The position numbers and the translations under genes were made by a program. DNA of 64,000 nt from Ruditapes philippinarum (Eukaryota), in the NCBI RefSeq assembly GCF_026571515.1, contig NW_026862271.1, positions 186,001-250,000 on the forward strand. The letters are read 5' to 3'. Below are positions 49,266 to 62,895 of the stretch, in pieces (position 1 is the first letter of the stretch; the number at the start of each line of letters is the position of its first letter). The notes under the pieces are model-generated. The model was not told the DNA's origin. It saw only the letters and a list, made by a program, of their open reading frames with translations, and ran no database searches.

Positions 49266-52200
49266 TTAAAGGATATTGCATGGCTGTTTCGACCATTTTG
49301 CGTGTTCTGCTTCTTCTTTCTTCTTTTGCAAAGCATCTTCCGTGAAAAAGAGCATTTGCTTCAAAGCAGCTAAGGCAAGAATACTTATTTTGTCGTCCAG
49401 CTCTGTCTCATTTTCGTAGTTCTTTACTGGGAAGACATTGTTACGTGGAAGACCTAGCAGGTCTGCTACCTTCTGAACAGCCTCTTCAACATTTGTGCTC
49501 GAACAGGCTAACGAAATATCCTTCTTCACATCTTTACAGAGATTATCTATATTTGTTAGAACAACTGTCTGCAATATACCTGTTATAAATATAAAAATGA
49601 ATAATTTACTAAGTTTATCATTTTATCTCCTATTCGGTGTTTATGTAACGGTTAAGTGTTTTCTGGTTAATCATCCTTTAATGTTTCTATGAAAATGTTG
49701 AAATAATTAATCAATTAATAATTAAAAAAGGAAAATACAAGATATGTGTTTGATTTGCAAAATACTTTTTCTTTTGGGTAAATCATTTTTTTCTAATAAG
49801 CAAATTATAAGGTTACAAAACAAAAATAAGCAAAATGTTAGGAGTAAGTAATTTGCAGCATTAACGTTACGTTTTAACCATCGATAACAAAATAGCACAC
49901 CTCTCTCCTTTGCAAGTTTCTGAAATGTTCTGATTTTGTGTAAATCCTTTTCTGATAAAACGTCCACTGATGTTGCATCAATGACAAACGCTATGCAATG
50001 TACTCTATCATTGGCAGACGGTGTTCTGTTAAAATACCACCAAGAAACTGAATGCTCCGTTGAAAACTAAATAAAAAGACAAAATTAAAAGATATCGAAA
50101 TGTTAAAGCATTTTACAAACAACACTTAGTTTGAAAAGGGTAATTACAAATATTATATGCTATATAATTTTGCTATGTTATCTCGTTGATTTTGTATATG
50201 ATAGAATAAAAAAAATTAGATTCCCCACAGAAAGTCCAAAACGACAAAATTGAAAATGTTGCAGGCTCGGTTTCATGAGCCTGTTCATTGACGGTGCTGT
50301 CGCGTTCCTAGAACCGGCTTAAGCAGAATTCATCATTTAAATACGAAATGGTTAAATTTTGAATTAAGAAATATCCACAGATGTGTTCATATGGCGGTTA
50401 TCATGGAACCGTCAATGTGAGTGGCTTATACCATTCCATGGAAAGTGGCGAATGGTCCCCAATTTATAGAACGCGTGTGCCCTAAACGAGTAAACAATAG
50501 GCGGAACTTAATAAAATTGAATTTTGAAAGGGGATCAGAGGTTATGAAGACTGCACATCACAGATAAGACGTCAAAAAACAAAGTTAAAAAACATGCAAC
50601 AAACCTAAGGATAATTCAACATTATTCAAGTAGGAATATTGGAACAACCCAAATAGAAAATGGCCAAATAGTTAAAACTTAAATATATTATAAACACAAC
50701 AAAAATGTCTTGCTGAAAAATCTATAAGGATCAGACATCTCTGATTGAATGTACGGCGCAACTTTTAACAACCTCCACAAGACAAAAACAACGTTGATGT
50801 GGCGATAAAATAGAGACAATAAGATTCCCTACAGAAAGTCCAATACGACAAAATTGAAAATGTTGCAGGCTCGGTTTGATTGAGCCTGTTCATGGACGAT
50901 ACTGTCACGTGCAAACTACCGTCCATGCCCCTAGCACCGGCTTAAGCAGAATTCAACATTTTAGTATGCAATGGTAAAATTTTGAATTTAGAAATATCCG
51001 CAGATTTGTTTATACGGCGGTTATTATAGGCCTTTAATGTGACACGTTAGTGCCATTCCATGAAAAGCGGCATATGGTCCCCAAGTAATAGAAAGCTTGT
51101 GCCCTAATCGAGTAAACAATGGGCGGAACTAAATAAAATGGATTTTTGAAAGAGCATTCTATAATCTTATAACACGTATTTTCCCAATTACAAGGTAGCA
51201 ATACCTCGTAGTGGTCTTTAATGTATCCATCCAATAAGTATTATAGAAGCTGGACTTTCCCGCGCCAACAAGTCCAATCATCAATATCCGTGTTCGCGTG
51301 ACTAACGGATCTTCTTTTGGTGTAAACCTCATTAAATCGTCTTTTATACACTATAGATGCTATTACAAAATCAAGAGAAATATAATTTTGAAAGTTATGA
51401 CAATTACAAAAATCAACATTTGGCAATTTTGATTATACCGTTGTTAGAGTTCTAAACGTACATACTGTAAATGTTAAGAAGAACATTGAATTACAAGATT
51501 CTGTGTTCACATTTTGACATGTCTTGTCTCTCTCTTTCAAGGTTTGATGAAACTTCACATAGCGTTTGATTAACAAATAAGGTACATAAAGGTGTTATCC
51601 GTCAAAATGTTTGAAAAATAAGCGCGAAAGTAAATGCATCAATTTCAAATTTTCTAGATCTATGAATGAATGTTTTGACAAGTTTTCTCTTTCTGTAAGT
51701 ATTGATCATTACGACATGCTTGCATTTTTCCGTTACCACGTTTTAAAATGGTTAGAAAAGCATAAGCTTCATTATTAGTTTCCCTTTTTAAAATGCGTTG
51801 TTGTGTCGCCTTGTCCGGGCCATTTCTCCTAAACTATTAAAAGCTATGGACTTGAAACTTCATATGATGATTGATCTCATTAAGAAGAATTGCAGTTCAC
51901 AAAACCGGTACATTTTTGAGTTAATGTCCTTTGTAAATTTTCCTACTTTGTCTTGGCCATTTTTCCTAAACTTTAAAAGCTATGGATTTGCAACTTCATA
52001 GGATGATAGATCACAACAAGAAAAAGAGCAGTGCACAAGAACCGGTACTCTGCACGTATGTTTTTGAGTAATTGCCCTTTGTTAATTTTCATCATTTATA
52101 TTTGTCCGGACCACTTCTCCTAAACTATAAAAGCTATGGACTTGAAAATTCATAGGATGAGAGATCTCATTAAGAAAAAGTGCAGTGCACAAAAACTGAT

Positions 52201-53044
52201 ACTCTGCGCTTCTTAATTTTTGAGTTGTTGCTCTTTGATAATTATAATACTTTATTTTTGTACCGGCCATTTCACCTAAACAATAAAAGCTATGGACTTG
52301 AAAATCCATAGGATGAGAGATCTCACTGAGAAGAAGAGCAGTGCATATATAAGAACCGGCATTATGTACTTCATGATTTAAGAATTATTGCCCTTTGTTA
52401 ATTAATATACTTTATTTTTGTCCGGGTCAATTCTCCAACACAAAAAGCTATTCAATCTACATCAATCCTGATGTAACAGTGTTACAATCAGTTTAAATGC
52501 TTCTAAAGTTCAGGTCCATGTATATTGTAAGAATGGTATTTATATTTAACCTATATTTAAGAAGAAAATGCCGATGTGACAGCTTTACTGTTTTTTTTTC
52601 GCAAGGCGACACATCCGACTCGCAGAGTTCTAGTTTGATATACATTATCTAATAAAAACAAACTATTCTATTTTTGATATATTGCGGTTTTTAAGCAAAA
52701 TGTATGTACTTCTCTACTCCATTTGGTTGGCCTCCATTGTTTCGGCATTTCACGAATGCATATCTGATCACCTAAATGAAACAGAGGACTACTTTTAAAA
52801 ACACATTGTTAATTGGCACGATTGCTTTATGATGTTTAATGTGATACACGAAAAGTTTAGTTTACGAAATTATTGACATTTTTACTTGTCAGCTACGGAA
52901 TGCATAAACACCTATTTAAGTGTCTAATTGTATCATACCAGCATAAATAACATGTCCATTCATTTGTCCATTCGATGGTATAAAGACGCCATTGGGCATT
53001 GATTGAACAGGAACACAGTCCCCATCATTTTTGTACGAGGTCAT
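49266..53044 (-). pseudogene. IFI44L: IFI44-like GTPase copy C (pseudogene)
   Basis: Exons 53044-52939, 52771-52710, fused 51359-51205, 50066-49901 and 49579-49266. In-frame TAG at 51353-51351; a deletion joins the G1 exon to the end of the G3 exon out of frame; G4 reads TNID; ends ...PCNIL*. Confidence 0.88.
51799..52635 (-). mobile_element. HINE/pearl-type element with ~155-bp internal tandem monomers
   Basis: Absent from the copy B intron (about 31720). Subterminal inverted repeat TGTGTCGCCTTG (51802-51813) / CAAGGCGACACA (52602-52613); 4-5 monomers containing AAAGCTATGGACTTGAAA. Confidence 0.75.
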
Positions 53045-53133
53045 CACCTTTGTTTTTTATCCTGAAAAAGAAAATAAATGAAGGAAATCATGCTTAGTGA
53101 TTAAGTTAGGTGTTTTAATCATATTCTGTAGAT

Positions 53134-54248
53134 CACAGGTGTTCGGCGCGTTGATTGGTCACTCCCCACCCCCATACCCACATTACAACCCTCCAACCTC
53201 TCCAAAACCTTGTAAACTGCAATACTTTTTCATTTGAAATATGTTTTAATATTTAATATATGCTTTTAATTCAATTTTCGCTTTTTCCCACAAAAATATT
53301 AATCAAGGGTGCAATTGGCCCCAATGCGCTCACCTGAGGACTAAATGCAATTAATATACAAAAGTGAAGTAACCAGGTCTTAAAAATATACAAAACAGGA
53401 GTTGATATTTTAAGACATTACACCAAGAAGTTATGATCAAGGTTAAGGTTTGTGGATGGGAACAGTTTTTACTATATGCATATAAGGGAAATCTATGACT
53501 TATGCCAATTTTGACCCTAGGGCTATAATTTGGAACCATTTTAACACATTTGGCAGGGGACCACTCAAGATTATTCCTGTAAAGTTTGGTTACTGTGCAG
53601 TCATTAGTTTTTGAGATGTTGTTTAAAGAAATGGTTGACGACGCACGACGATGGACGGTGGGGATCACAATAGCTCACCATGAGAACCGTTTTCCCGATT
53701 TGCAAATTTCCAATCCAAAATGAAAGTTACTAACGCAGAGATTGTTCCCGTTTATTTTCGTATGAATTATTTTCATTGATCATGTGAATACTCAGACAAA
53801 TGAAAATTCTCTGTACAAAAATAAAGGGGAGAGCACTCTGCTGCACCCGTTACTTCCATTACGATTGGGAATTTGACATATCGGAAAAACGGTTCTTTAT
53901 ACCTATAGGATGATTGGATGATTTTGGGCTCTAATGGAAGGACTAAGCCCTTTTTAAGCCCCTCTTCTTTTGACAAACTTTCGCCACTACTTCATTTTGG
54001 TCTCGTCACTATTATATCTATTCATATTTCAGTTTACACTGCTATATAATTTTTACAACATAATAGTTCAATAACATTTTAAACTACTCAATCAAACCGA
54101 GGTTGCAATTTTCATTTAATTTTGTTGTGATTAATGCTTCAAAAATACTGAAGATTACATGGTTTTGGACAGGTAGGAGGGTTATAGAGTGGGTAAGGGT
54201 GGGGGCGAGGGGAAGTGATAAATCAACGCGCCGAACAGAACACCTGTG
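53134..54248. mobile_element. MITE with ~100-bp imperfect TIRs and 8-bp TSD (P- or hAT-type), with a nested pearl-type element (about 53302-53690)
   Basis: Termini CACAGGTGTTC...GAACACCTGTG; TSD CTGTAGAT (53126-53133) / CTGTAGGT (54249-54256); empty site in copy B near 32223-32240. Confidence 0.75.
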
Positions 54249-57224
54249 CTGTAGGTAATTGTTTCATATTTATGTTTTTCAATTTTCTGTTAGACCTGAT
54301 ATGAAATAAAAATATGAATTTAAAAGCAGATACTTTTGTTACATTTTTTTCTCAGGATTACATTTCCATTTAAGTAAGGGACATACATGCTTATTTAGAT
54401 AACAGTCTACATTCAGTATGTAATCAAATCAATTTTTTATTTAGTTTAACATATTATGGAATCCAAAAGTTCAAAATTCACCAGAATAAGTTTTTGAGGT
54501 TATATCTTTTTCATGTTGTTCTAAATTCAAATCGTCTGTCATTTGTTAGTTTTTCTTATCATAAATCTCCATTACATATACCTAAATACATTTTATATAA
54601 GTGTTCGTGATTTCTATTAACGGAACAGTATCGCCGGTTTGTATAAATTACAAAAACGTAAGTTATTGGATTCTAAAATGTCGTAACTTAATCCATTATA
54701 TAATTTGTGTTTGATCGTCTGCGTTTTCAATCTTATCGTGTTGGGTCTTCTTTAGGAATTCTGATTTTCTCTATTTAATTGTCACATCCGTCTTATTTGT
54801 GCCGTGTGGCGGCTGTAAAAAGTCTCCCCGTACATTTAATCAATGATGTAATATTTTCGATCCTTGAAGATCGTTCAGCACGACATTATTGTTGTGTATA
54901 CATGTTATGTGGTACTTTGAGTTTCTTCTTGGCCTTTTTCAACTCGGGTGGTTCCGGTGTTCCAACTTGATTACTGTATAATCACACCCTTAAGATATAT
55001 TGCCTTCTGTTTAAATTTTCTGTTGGCGTCTTGTCTATGGTATACAGGCTTCATAATTTCTGATCTCCTTCAAAATTCCATTTTGTTTAGTTCCGCCCAT
55101 TTTTTTTCTCGTTTAGGGCACATACTTTCTATTATTTGGGGACCATACGCCGCACCATCGTGTCAAATTGAAGGTTCCATGATAACTGCCATATGAACAC
55201 ATTCGCGGATGTTTCTAAATTTAAAATGTCACCATTTTCGTTTTTAAATGTTGAATTCTGCTTAAGCCGTTGCTAGGGGGCATGACAGTACCGTCCATGA
55301 ACAGGCTCAATCAAACCGAGCCTGCAACATTTTCAATTGTGCCGTGTTGGGCTTTCTTTAGGGATTATTTCTCTCAATTCCAATACCGTCCATGAACAGA
55401 ATCAATCAAACCGAGTCTGCAACATTTTCAATTTTGTTGTGTCGGGCTTTCTTTAGGGATTCTGTTTTTCTCTGTTTTACATGCATTCTATTTTTGTTTG
55501 CATTGTTACCCTGTGTAAATGAAAACAGGGATAAAAGAATCAATTAGAAATGCTATATAGGAAATAAATAAGCTTTGGGCAATTTTTCAGGAAGTGGTAT
55601 ACTTTTAAAAATCCCCAAACAAGTTTGTATGCAAAAGGGACTCACGTGGAGTGGGCTTTTTCTACAGCATTACAGCAAGAGTATTATCTAAATAGTTTGA
55701 AGATGACCGTAAGCAATGACGCATGCTGATTTTGACAAAAGGTATGTCTGTGATACCAAAACATGACAATTTTTTAACATGATTTTCTAAATTCAAAACA
55801 ATTTCATCCTTTTTGTGTTTAAATTCGCTTAAGCCGGTGCTAGGAGGCGTGGACGGTAACTTGCACTTTCCAGTACCGTCCATGAACAGGCTGAATCAAA
55901 CAAGACCAGTTGTAAGGAGCCCAGGCGGACCCCAAACAAAAACAGGACAGGGCACAAGGCAGAGCACGGACAGGCTAATCATTAAAATGATAAATAATTT
56001 TTAACTGATAATGAATTCAAAGAAAACAAATAAATAATTGAAAAATAGGGAATAATTTGTAACTGATAATGAAATTCAAAGAAAACAAATAAATGACCGA
56101 ACAATATGCCCACAAAGTCGAAGGACACAGGGGAAGGGGACAGTAGACCCGGAGAAGGGGGCGGGTTAAACTAAAGAAATAAAACTGGGGGCAAAGGGGA
56201 AGATACTTACCGTAGACGAGAAAACAACAAAGAAAAGGTGTCACCAAAACAGTATGAAAAATAGTCGCTCGGAAAGCATTAAAAACAAACAAAATTACAT
56301 GATAATTGTAGACTCGGTTTGATTGAGTCTGTACATAAGGGATAATAAAAAAGTGTAACATCCCTCAAGCCCCTTAGCACCAACTTGTGCGGTACTCAAT
56401 TCTCAACCAAAAGGACCAGAAAAATATAAGAACACTGAAGTGAAGTACGGGGCAACTAACAGCATTTGACACCTGCTGTTGTGATGTATAAATATCTGGA
56501 TAAAAGTGATCCCTCGGAAACATTAAAAACAGCAAATTATATGAAAATTTATTTAGTTTGTACATGAGAGATAACGAAAAAGTGAAACATCCCTCACGCC
56601 CCCTTGCACCGGCTTGAGTAGAAACTTTTTTTTCAACAATGATAAATGCTTAGTATTTGGATATGAGCCATGCATTTTCAGACAGGAAGAATACTGAAAA
56701 TGAGAACAAAAATCAACAAGGCAAGGCAACGTTCACTAAACGCAGCACCCCCGACACAGTCCAGTCTAACATCTATCCAAACTGCAAGTCATAAGCCTTG
56801 ATTCAAAAGACATGATTTTATAATTTTATAGTTGATTACCTGGCAATGATGCAAATAAAATATCTAGAGATTTAAATAAAGGAGGGTTTTCCACGATCTA
56901 TTTTAACATAATCTGTAATACTTTGATATATCTTATCTCAGATGTTTGGGATCAGTCTATGGAAATTTGGTCAGAATTAAGCTAGTTTTTTTTGTTAAGA
57001 AATCATTGATAACGAATGATGACACACATCGATGGAATGCAAATTATATCAGCATATCATAATAAACTACCTTTCAGTACTTCATGCGAAAGAAAGATTT
57101 AAAATATAGTATGACCTGACTCAGTTGATTGTCCGAAAATTAACTGTTTTAACAAGCAAAAATTCAATTTTAAAAAAAGTTTAATTTAGTTTAAGTTTTC
57201 TTTTGGGTGATAAAGAAACAGTCT

Positions 57225-57379
57225 ACTCACTGTTGGTTCTTTTTATTCCAATGTTTCTGAATCAAAAGCAAATCTAGCTTTATCTATTAATCTAATCTAG
57301 TGTTTCCGTGTTAAAGTCCCATTGGTTATTAGCCAAGGTATAAATAGTCAAACAAAAATCCGAAAACGAAATCGAAACT
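57225..57379 (-). promoter_or_regulatory. Paralogous ISRE/TATA-like/donor block upstream of IFI44-like copy C
   Basis: GAAAACGAAATCGAAACT at 57362-57379, TATAAATA (+ reading) at 57339-57346, ACTCAC (GTGAGT on -) at 57225-57230. Confidence 0.65.
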
Positions 57380-59566
57380 ATACGTTCTTAGCATATTTAT
57401 ATATTTATTTATTCTATTTTATTTATTTATTTAAAAAACATATTTAAGTCAACTTCTCGGTGCTTTACGTAAACTTATAAAACGCCACATTTCCTTGTTT
57501 ATCTTGTTTAATTTATCATAGTTGATAGTCGAGGTGTTCCGATTAAGGTATTAGCGCTGTGATTCAATGCACATTTACGTATCAAACAACTTTCGTATAT
57601 CGTTATATTGTGTTAAAGTCGACTTAGAGATGTAAACGATAAGTACAGTTAGTCTTTTTTTAGAAACAGAATGTACGAATGACAAACAGAATGTACAAAT
57701 GACATATTTCGGATTTGGTTATGATTATATGTCAATGGATATTCTTAAATTGACTATGACTTTAAATCAAAGTATTACGGAAATATAAACAAATAGTCCT
57801 TTGGATTATTTAATGTAAGAAAGCAATCCATCTACATGTAGCTTACGAAACATCTAGGGTTAGGGTTATCTGAAATAATGCTTTAATAGTACTTTTTGTC
57901 TTCCTCCACCAGTAAAGCTGAAAAGTCGCAATATGATCTTTTCAGTGTTAATACATTCGTGACTCATTTTACTTTACTACACCAAAAGTCATTTAGTAGA
58001 TCTACTGATTGGGGCGAGGTGATCAATACCATATTATTTACTACAGAGTTTGAAGTATATGTGTGTTTACTTTTCAAATAAACCTGATAAATCACAAGCG
58101 TGCTAGTTACTGACTGGATACATTGTTCAATCCGCATTAAATCACTTGATATGCAGATAACATACCTAAATATTTACTATAAAAGGCCTCATGTTAACAA
58201 TGACGTCAGTTTGTATGCATAATTAGAGTAAACATCTGCATATAAGCTAATTTTTTTTTGAAAAATAAAATGCTTATGCAATGTCCTCAGTATGCAATAT
58301 AAATAAAGACACAATAAAATTATCATTTAAGTGTGTAATTCATAACTTTAAAAGCTTTTAAAGCTATGATCTCGAGTAATTAGTTGTGTTGTGGTTTTAA
58401 TCTATACTTGTACTAGATGTATATGGAAAAAACATTTAAAAGAATTGCTTAGAAAATGGGACAGTTTTGAAAATTTAGCTTTTTAATGTTTTTAACAAAA
58501 CAAAAATAATGACCAAAACTTTGCACATACTATATTTTGACAAGTGATAGTAACACTAGATCGCTCACCAGTAAACCATTTCTGGCCCAAGGGACATGAA
58601 TTTTGTATATAACATAACATATATTTTATTCAACATAACATTGTATACATACAATTTATAGTAATTCAGATACTGTGTGGTGTAAAGTGTCTTACTATCA
58701 AATATGTCATCTTCAAAAATTTCACCAGTGTCATGTTCTGCTTTAATCGGTGCTATGGAGCAAGGGCTGTAGTTTGCACTAGTCAGTACCGTCCACGAAC
58801 AGGCTCAATTACACCAAGCCTGCAACTTTTTCAATTATGCCGTTTCGGACTTTCTTTATGGATTCTTACTTTCTCTAATTTACTAAGGTCCATAGGATTA
58901 GCCTTTAAACTACAAACCAGACCTGTGGGTGTTGTGAATTTTAGTATCTCGGGAGAAAATATTTTTTATCATGCTGTCCAAGTGAATGTAAAATGTTACA
59001 CCATGGTAGGGTAAATGTTAAATTCTAGATCATAATTTAAAAAACTTGATAATATTCTACTTGACAAAACAACACACTAAATACCTAGGTTCTAACATTT
59101 GGGATTTCGGACAAGAAGTTTCAAAAAAGGCTTTCCAAGATGAGTCAATCAAAAATCATGTGACTTCCTCGGGGGGGGGGGTCAATTTTAGTCTTACTCT
59201 TCCAAATTCATACGCAATCTGCTTGTCCGATTATTTATAATGCACAAGATATTACTTAATATAAGAACTATTTGATAAGGAAAAGATCAGTGCTTCAATC
59301 TGCTTTTTGCCAGTTATTATGGTAAATTCTTCAAGAAAACACTTAAGGGTCTTCGTTTTAAGTTCACTAGAGAATTGTTATTGTTTTATTGCAGTACCGC
59401 TTTGATAGAAGATAAACACAACATACTTTAATTCAAATCTGTTTACTTTTTTTCTTTCATTTCATAAAAATATCTAGCAAGTAACATAACTGACCATTAA
59501 TCTTGGTCAATATAAAATATATCACATTTGACAAGATGCATTATTACACAATTTTTTACAAATGTG

Positions 59567-62258
59567 TCAATGTAAATTTCGTAAACAAGATAATTTGAAG
59601 ACAATAATAGCAAATATTAGAGTCCCTGCCAAATAAGCTGCTAAATACCCGAAGTTGTTCGCAATATCATCCACAGCACCAGGGTAATATTTGTTTAGGT
59701 AATCATTTCCACTTTCAATACAATTCAACGTAACTGAATTGTATAAGATATGTTTGGTACTATAAATTCATAATTCTATGTAGTTCGTATAAAGCAGAAA
59801 TAGATAAAGTAGGAAATATAGATTATTTCAAGTTATACTGATATTATTAATGAGACTTGATCTGTGATTTTAATATTTTGCTTGGGATGACTTTACGATT
59901 TTCATTCTTTTTTTTACAGAAAGAAATTAGAAAAACACGTAGCACCTTTATTTGGATAAGGTATCGGAGCATTGGCAGTCATTTCTTATTGTATGAAAAT
60001 GTCTTCAAACTTACCATTTCGATCACAGTCAAAGTCAAGGTCTTTAAACTCGTTTGCTACAAAGATGGCTGCAGAATATCTATGTATAAGTATGTAACTT
60101 AACCACTCCATTGGTTCAACCAGGGTATCTAATGTTCTGAAAAGGAAATATAATAAATTTTACAGAGGTTGGAAAAATTAAAAAGTTACACTGGACAAAA
60201 TGTGAGTTTTATTCATCAAAGAAAATAGTATATAATATTAATAATAATACACTTTAAAAAAAAAAAACCTTTCAAACAATCATTGATATCTTATTCATCT
60301 GTTCCTTTTCTAACATTGAATAGCATCGCTTTTAAAACGTCGTTACGGTCACAGACCATGTCATTTATTGAAATTTCCAAAATTGACGAGTAGGAAAGCT
60401 CACTAACAAAGCTTTTGTTAAATTACTTTGACGATAAAGAAATGATATATGTTCAACTATATTCTTTTAAATATATAACCTTATCTATTTCTCTTAATGA
60501 ACTAAGATGAAAGTAATCGCAAATTTAACTCATTTTCCGTTATTGTCAAGGAAATGTTTCAACAAATGTTAACTTGAATAGATTTTGCAAAATTTCCGAT
60601 CAAAGACTTTAGTTTTTGTCACTCAAATTTAGATCATACTTTATATATCCGGACGCTGTAATGACAGCAACTGACTGCAGCAGAACAGCAACACTATTGG
60701 CTAAATTTGGATTCATAAACATTCCCAGACAGGCAACAGTCAATATTTCTCCCCAATAATGCAGTATGATCGAACACCTCGAGAGTAAATATTCCAAACA
60801 TATCAGCACTTGGGTATATCCCACAAACCCTGTAAATGTGAAAGGGGAAAGAAATCCTACAAAATATGTAAATAGTACTTTTACAATTAGATAAAAAAAA
60901 GAAGCATTTGTGCTTAATCAAATCACTCATTGTGCATATTATAGTTAAAATGCAATTTACTTTTGTCTAAGAAAAATTTACCGTCCTGTTATATCAACCG
61001 CTATTTGTACTTTAAAAGATACACAAGCAAGAAGTAAATACAGTCTAAAATACTAGCCTGTGGAAATTGTGATTTATATAAACTTTTATCATACCAGTAT
61101 ATAATACTACTAAATATGGCACTCGACACAATATTGAAGGGTATGACATGTATGGAGTACGCTATCAAGAATGTCGCAGGTCCGTACAATCCGTCTCGAC
61201 TCTCACGGTAGTATAAATCCCGCAAACATAAAACTGAAAATTGAGCCGATTATGTTGACAATAATAGATTTAAACGTTGGTATGCATCAACAAAAATATA
61301 CGAAGCATAACAAACATCTGGTCTTCGTATAGATTTGTATAAGTTTTGTTGAACATTTTGCCCTATCTTTATTCATCCTGATCCTCTCGTTTTTTCAACT
61401 TAATATGTTTTAAAGAAAAAAAATATTTCAAGAATGATATGTCATATAATCAGACAACAAGTATGTCTTGTTCAAAATATATCACAATAAATGTTACGTA
61501 ATTATTGAATGAACACTTATTTTTACTGATTTCTGCATGATATGTGTAAATGTTTTTGCAAGTAAATGATTATACGTACAAAGTGCAATACTGTTAATGA
61601 TTCCCATGAAGTGCTGAATACTTGTCTGTTGTGTTTAAGCCTTCCCAAAAATACATGTATAATTATGAACGCCATAAACAAGGGGAGTAGAAAAATACGA
61701 GCAAAGTAGTCCTTTCGGTTCCTAAAATCATTTTTATACATTCGGCTGAAAAATAAGATTTGTTCATTAATAGATAAACTCATTAATATACTCGTGTATA
61801 GGCATAGCATATAAATTCATTACAAATAACAAAGTAACCATCACGAGTGTAACAGTCACGTTAAAAGAAATTCATAATCTTAGCGTAAAGTCTGTCATTT
61901 GATATTAGTAAAATGTTAAATAATTGTAAGTGCTTTCTATCAATTTGCCATAATCTGAGTGCTTTTATTTTTAACATGATTAAAGATAATGATGTTAGTA
62001 AAAAAGAGTTTCAACCAATAATTAATATCGATTCAGTAAGATAATGATTTACCCTATAAGTGTAATAAGCACCCTCATATAACTTGGTCTGCTACCTGCT
62101 ACAATACCACTACCAAGCTTACGGGCATCATTTTCATTCATGGCATTTCTTATACTGTTGAGAGTTTGTTGGTTTATTTGTGAGTTTTTAAAAGCTTCCA
62201 CTAAACTTTCTACACGTTTCAGACTTTCATATTGTATTCTAATGCTCGCAACATCGCC
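59567..62258 (-). pseudogene. ABCG5: ABCG5-like half transporter, copy 2 (membrane-domain exons; upstream exons not in window)
   Basis: Exons at about 62258-62053, 61747-61580, 61233-61095, 60829-60640, 60136-60015 and 59733-59567. RESRDGLY, HYWGEILT..CLG...NPNLANSV, VANEFKDLDFDC. A ~40-nt deletion near 61615 and a frameshift near 60771 indicate loss of function. Confidence 0.8.
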
Positions 62259-62751
62259 TGTCATAAATGAGAAAGACGTTATGTATTTTATTTTAATACA
62301 CTTGTTACTATATATAGTAACAAAATTGCCTATGATTTCAACTGATTATGAGTGTCACGTGACATATTATGAGTTTGCGGCCCGGGGCCGAGAACTAGTT
62401 ATCAGCCCGCAGAACATGTGCACGTGCACAAACTGAAACAATGACGTCATATTTTACGTCATCAAACAGTTAACTGTAAAAGTGAAAGTAGGTTGTCAGC
62501 ACGAATCGCTTTATTTTATTATGAGAGCTTAAGCGTATTTCGTACAAATACATTTTTGTTACTATTGAAATTTGAATAAATAATACGACAAATTAATTCC
62601 GAAAAAAATTGAAAAATAAAACTTGCTTCTAGATTCTACTGCTTTGAACACACAAACAGTAAACATCTCTACAGAACAGTAAAAGTGTAGACAAGAATTT
62701 CAACGAAAGAACTTCAAAGTATTTTTTTAATGCTACTATTAGATTAAATAC

Positions 62752-62895
62752 ATTAATACACGGCAAAGTAGGGCCGGAAGGTGATAATCGGCCCTTAAAT
62801 GAATAATGCCATCGGGTTGAAGCCCTCGGGGCCATTATTCATTTTGCGGACCGATTATCACATTACCTTCCGGCCCTACTCTGCCGTGTATTAAT
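62752..62895. repeat. 144-bp near-perfect palindrome (foldback element end)
   Basis: ATTAATACACGGCA.AGTAGGGCCGGAAGGT...AAATGAATAATG pairs with CATTATTCATTT...ACCTTCCGGCCCTACT.TGCCGTGTATTAAT; absent from the paralogous intron near 39040. Confidence 0.85.
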
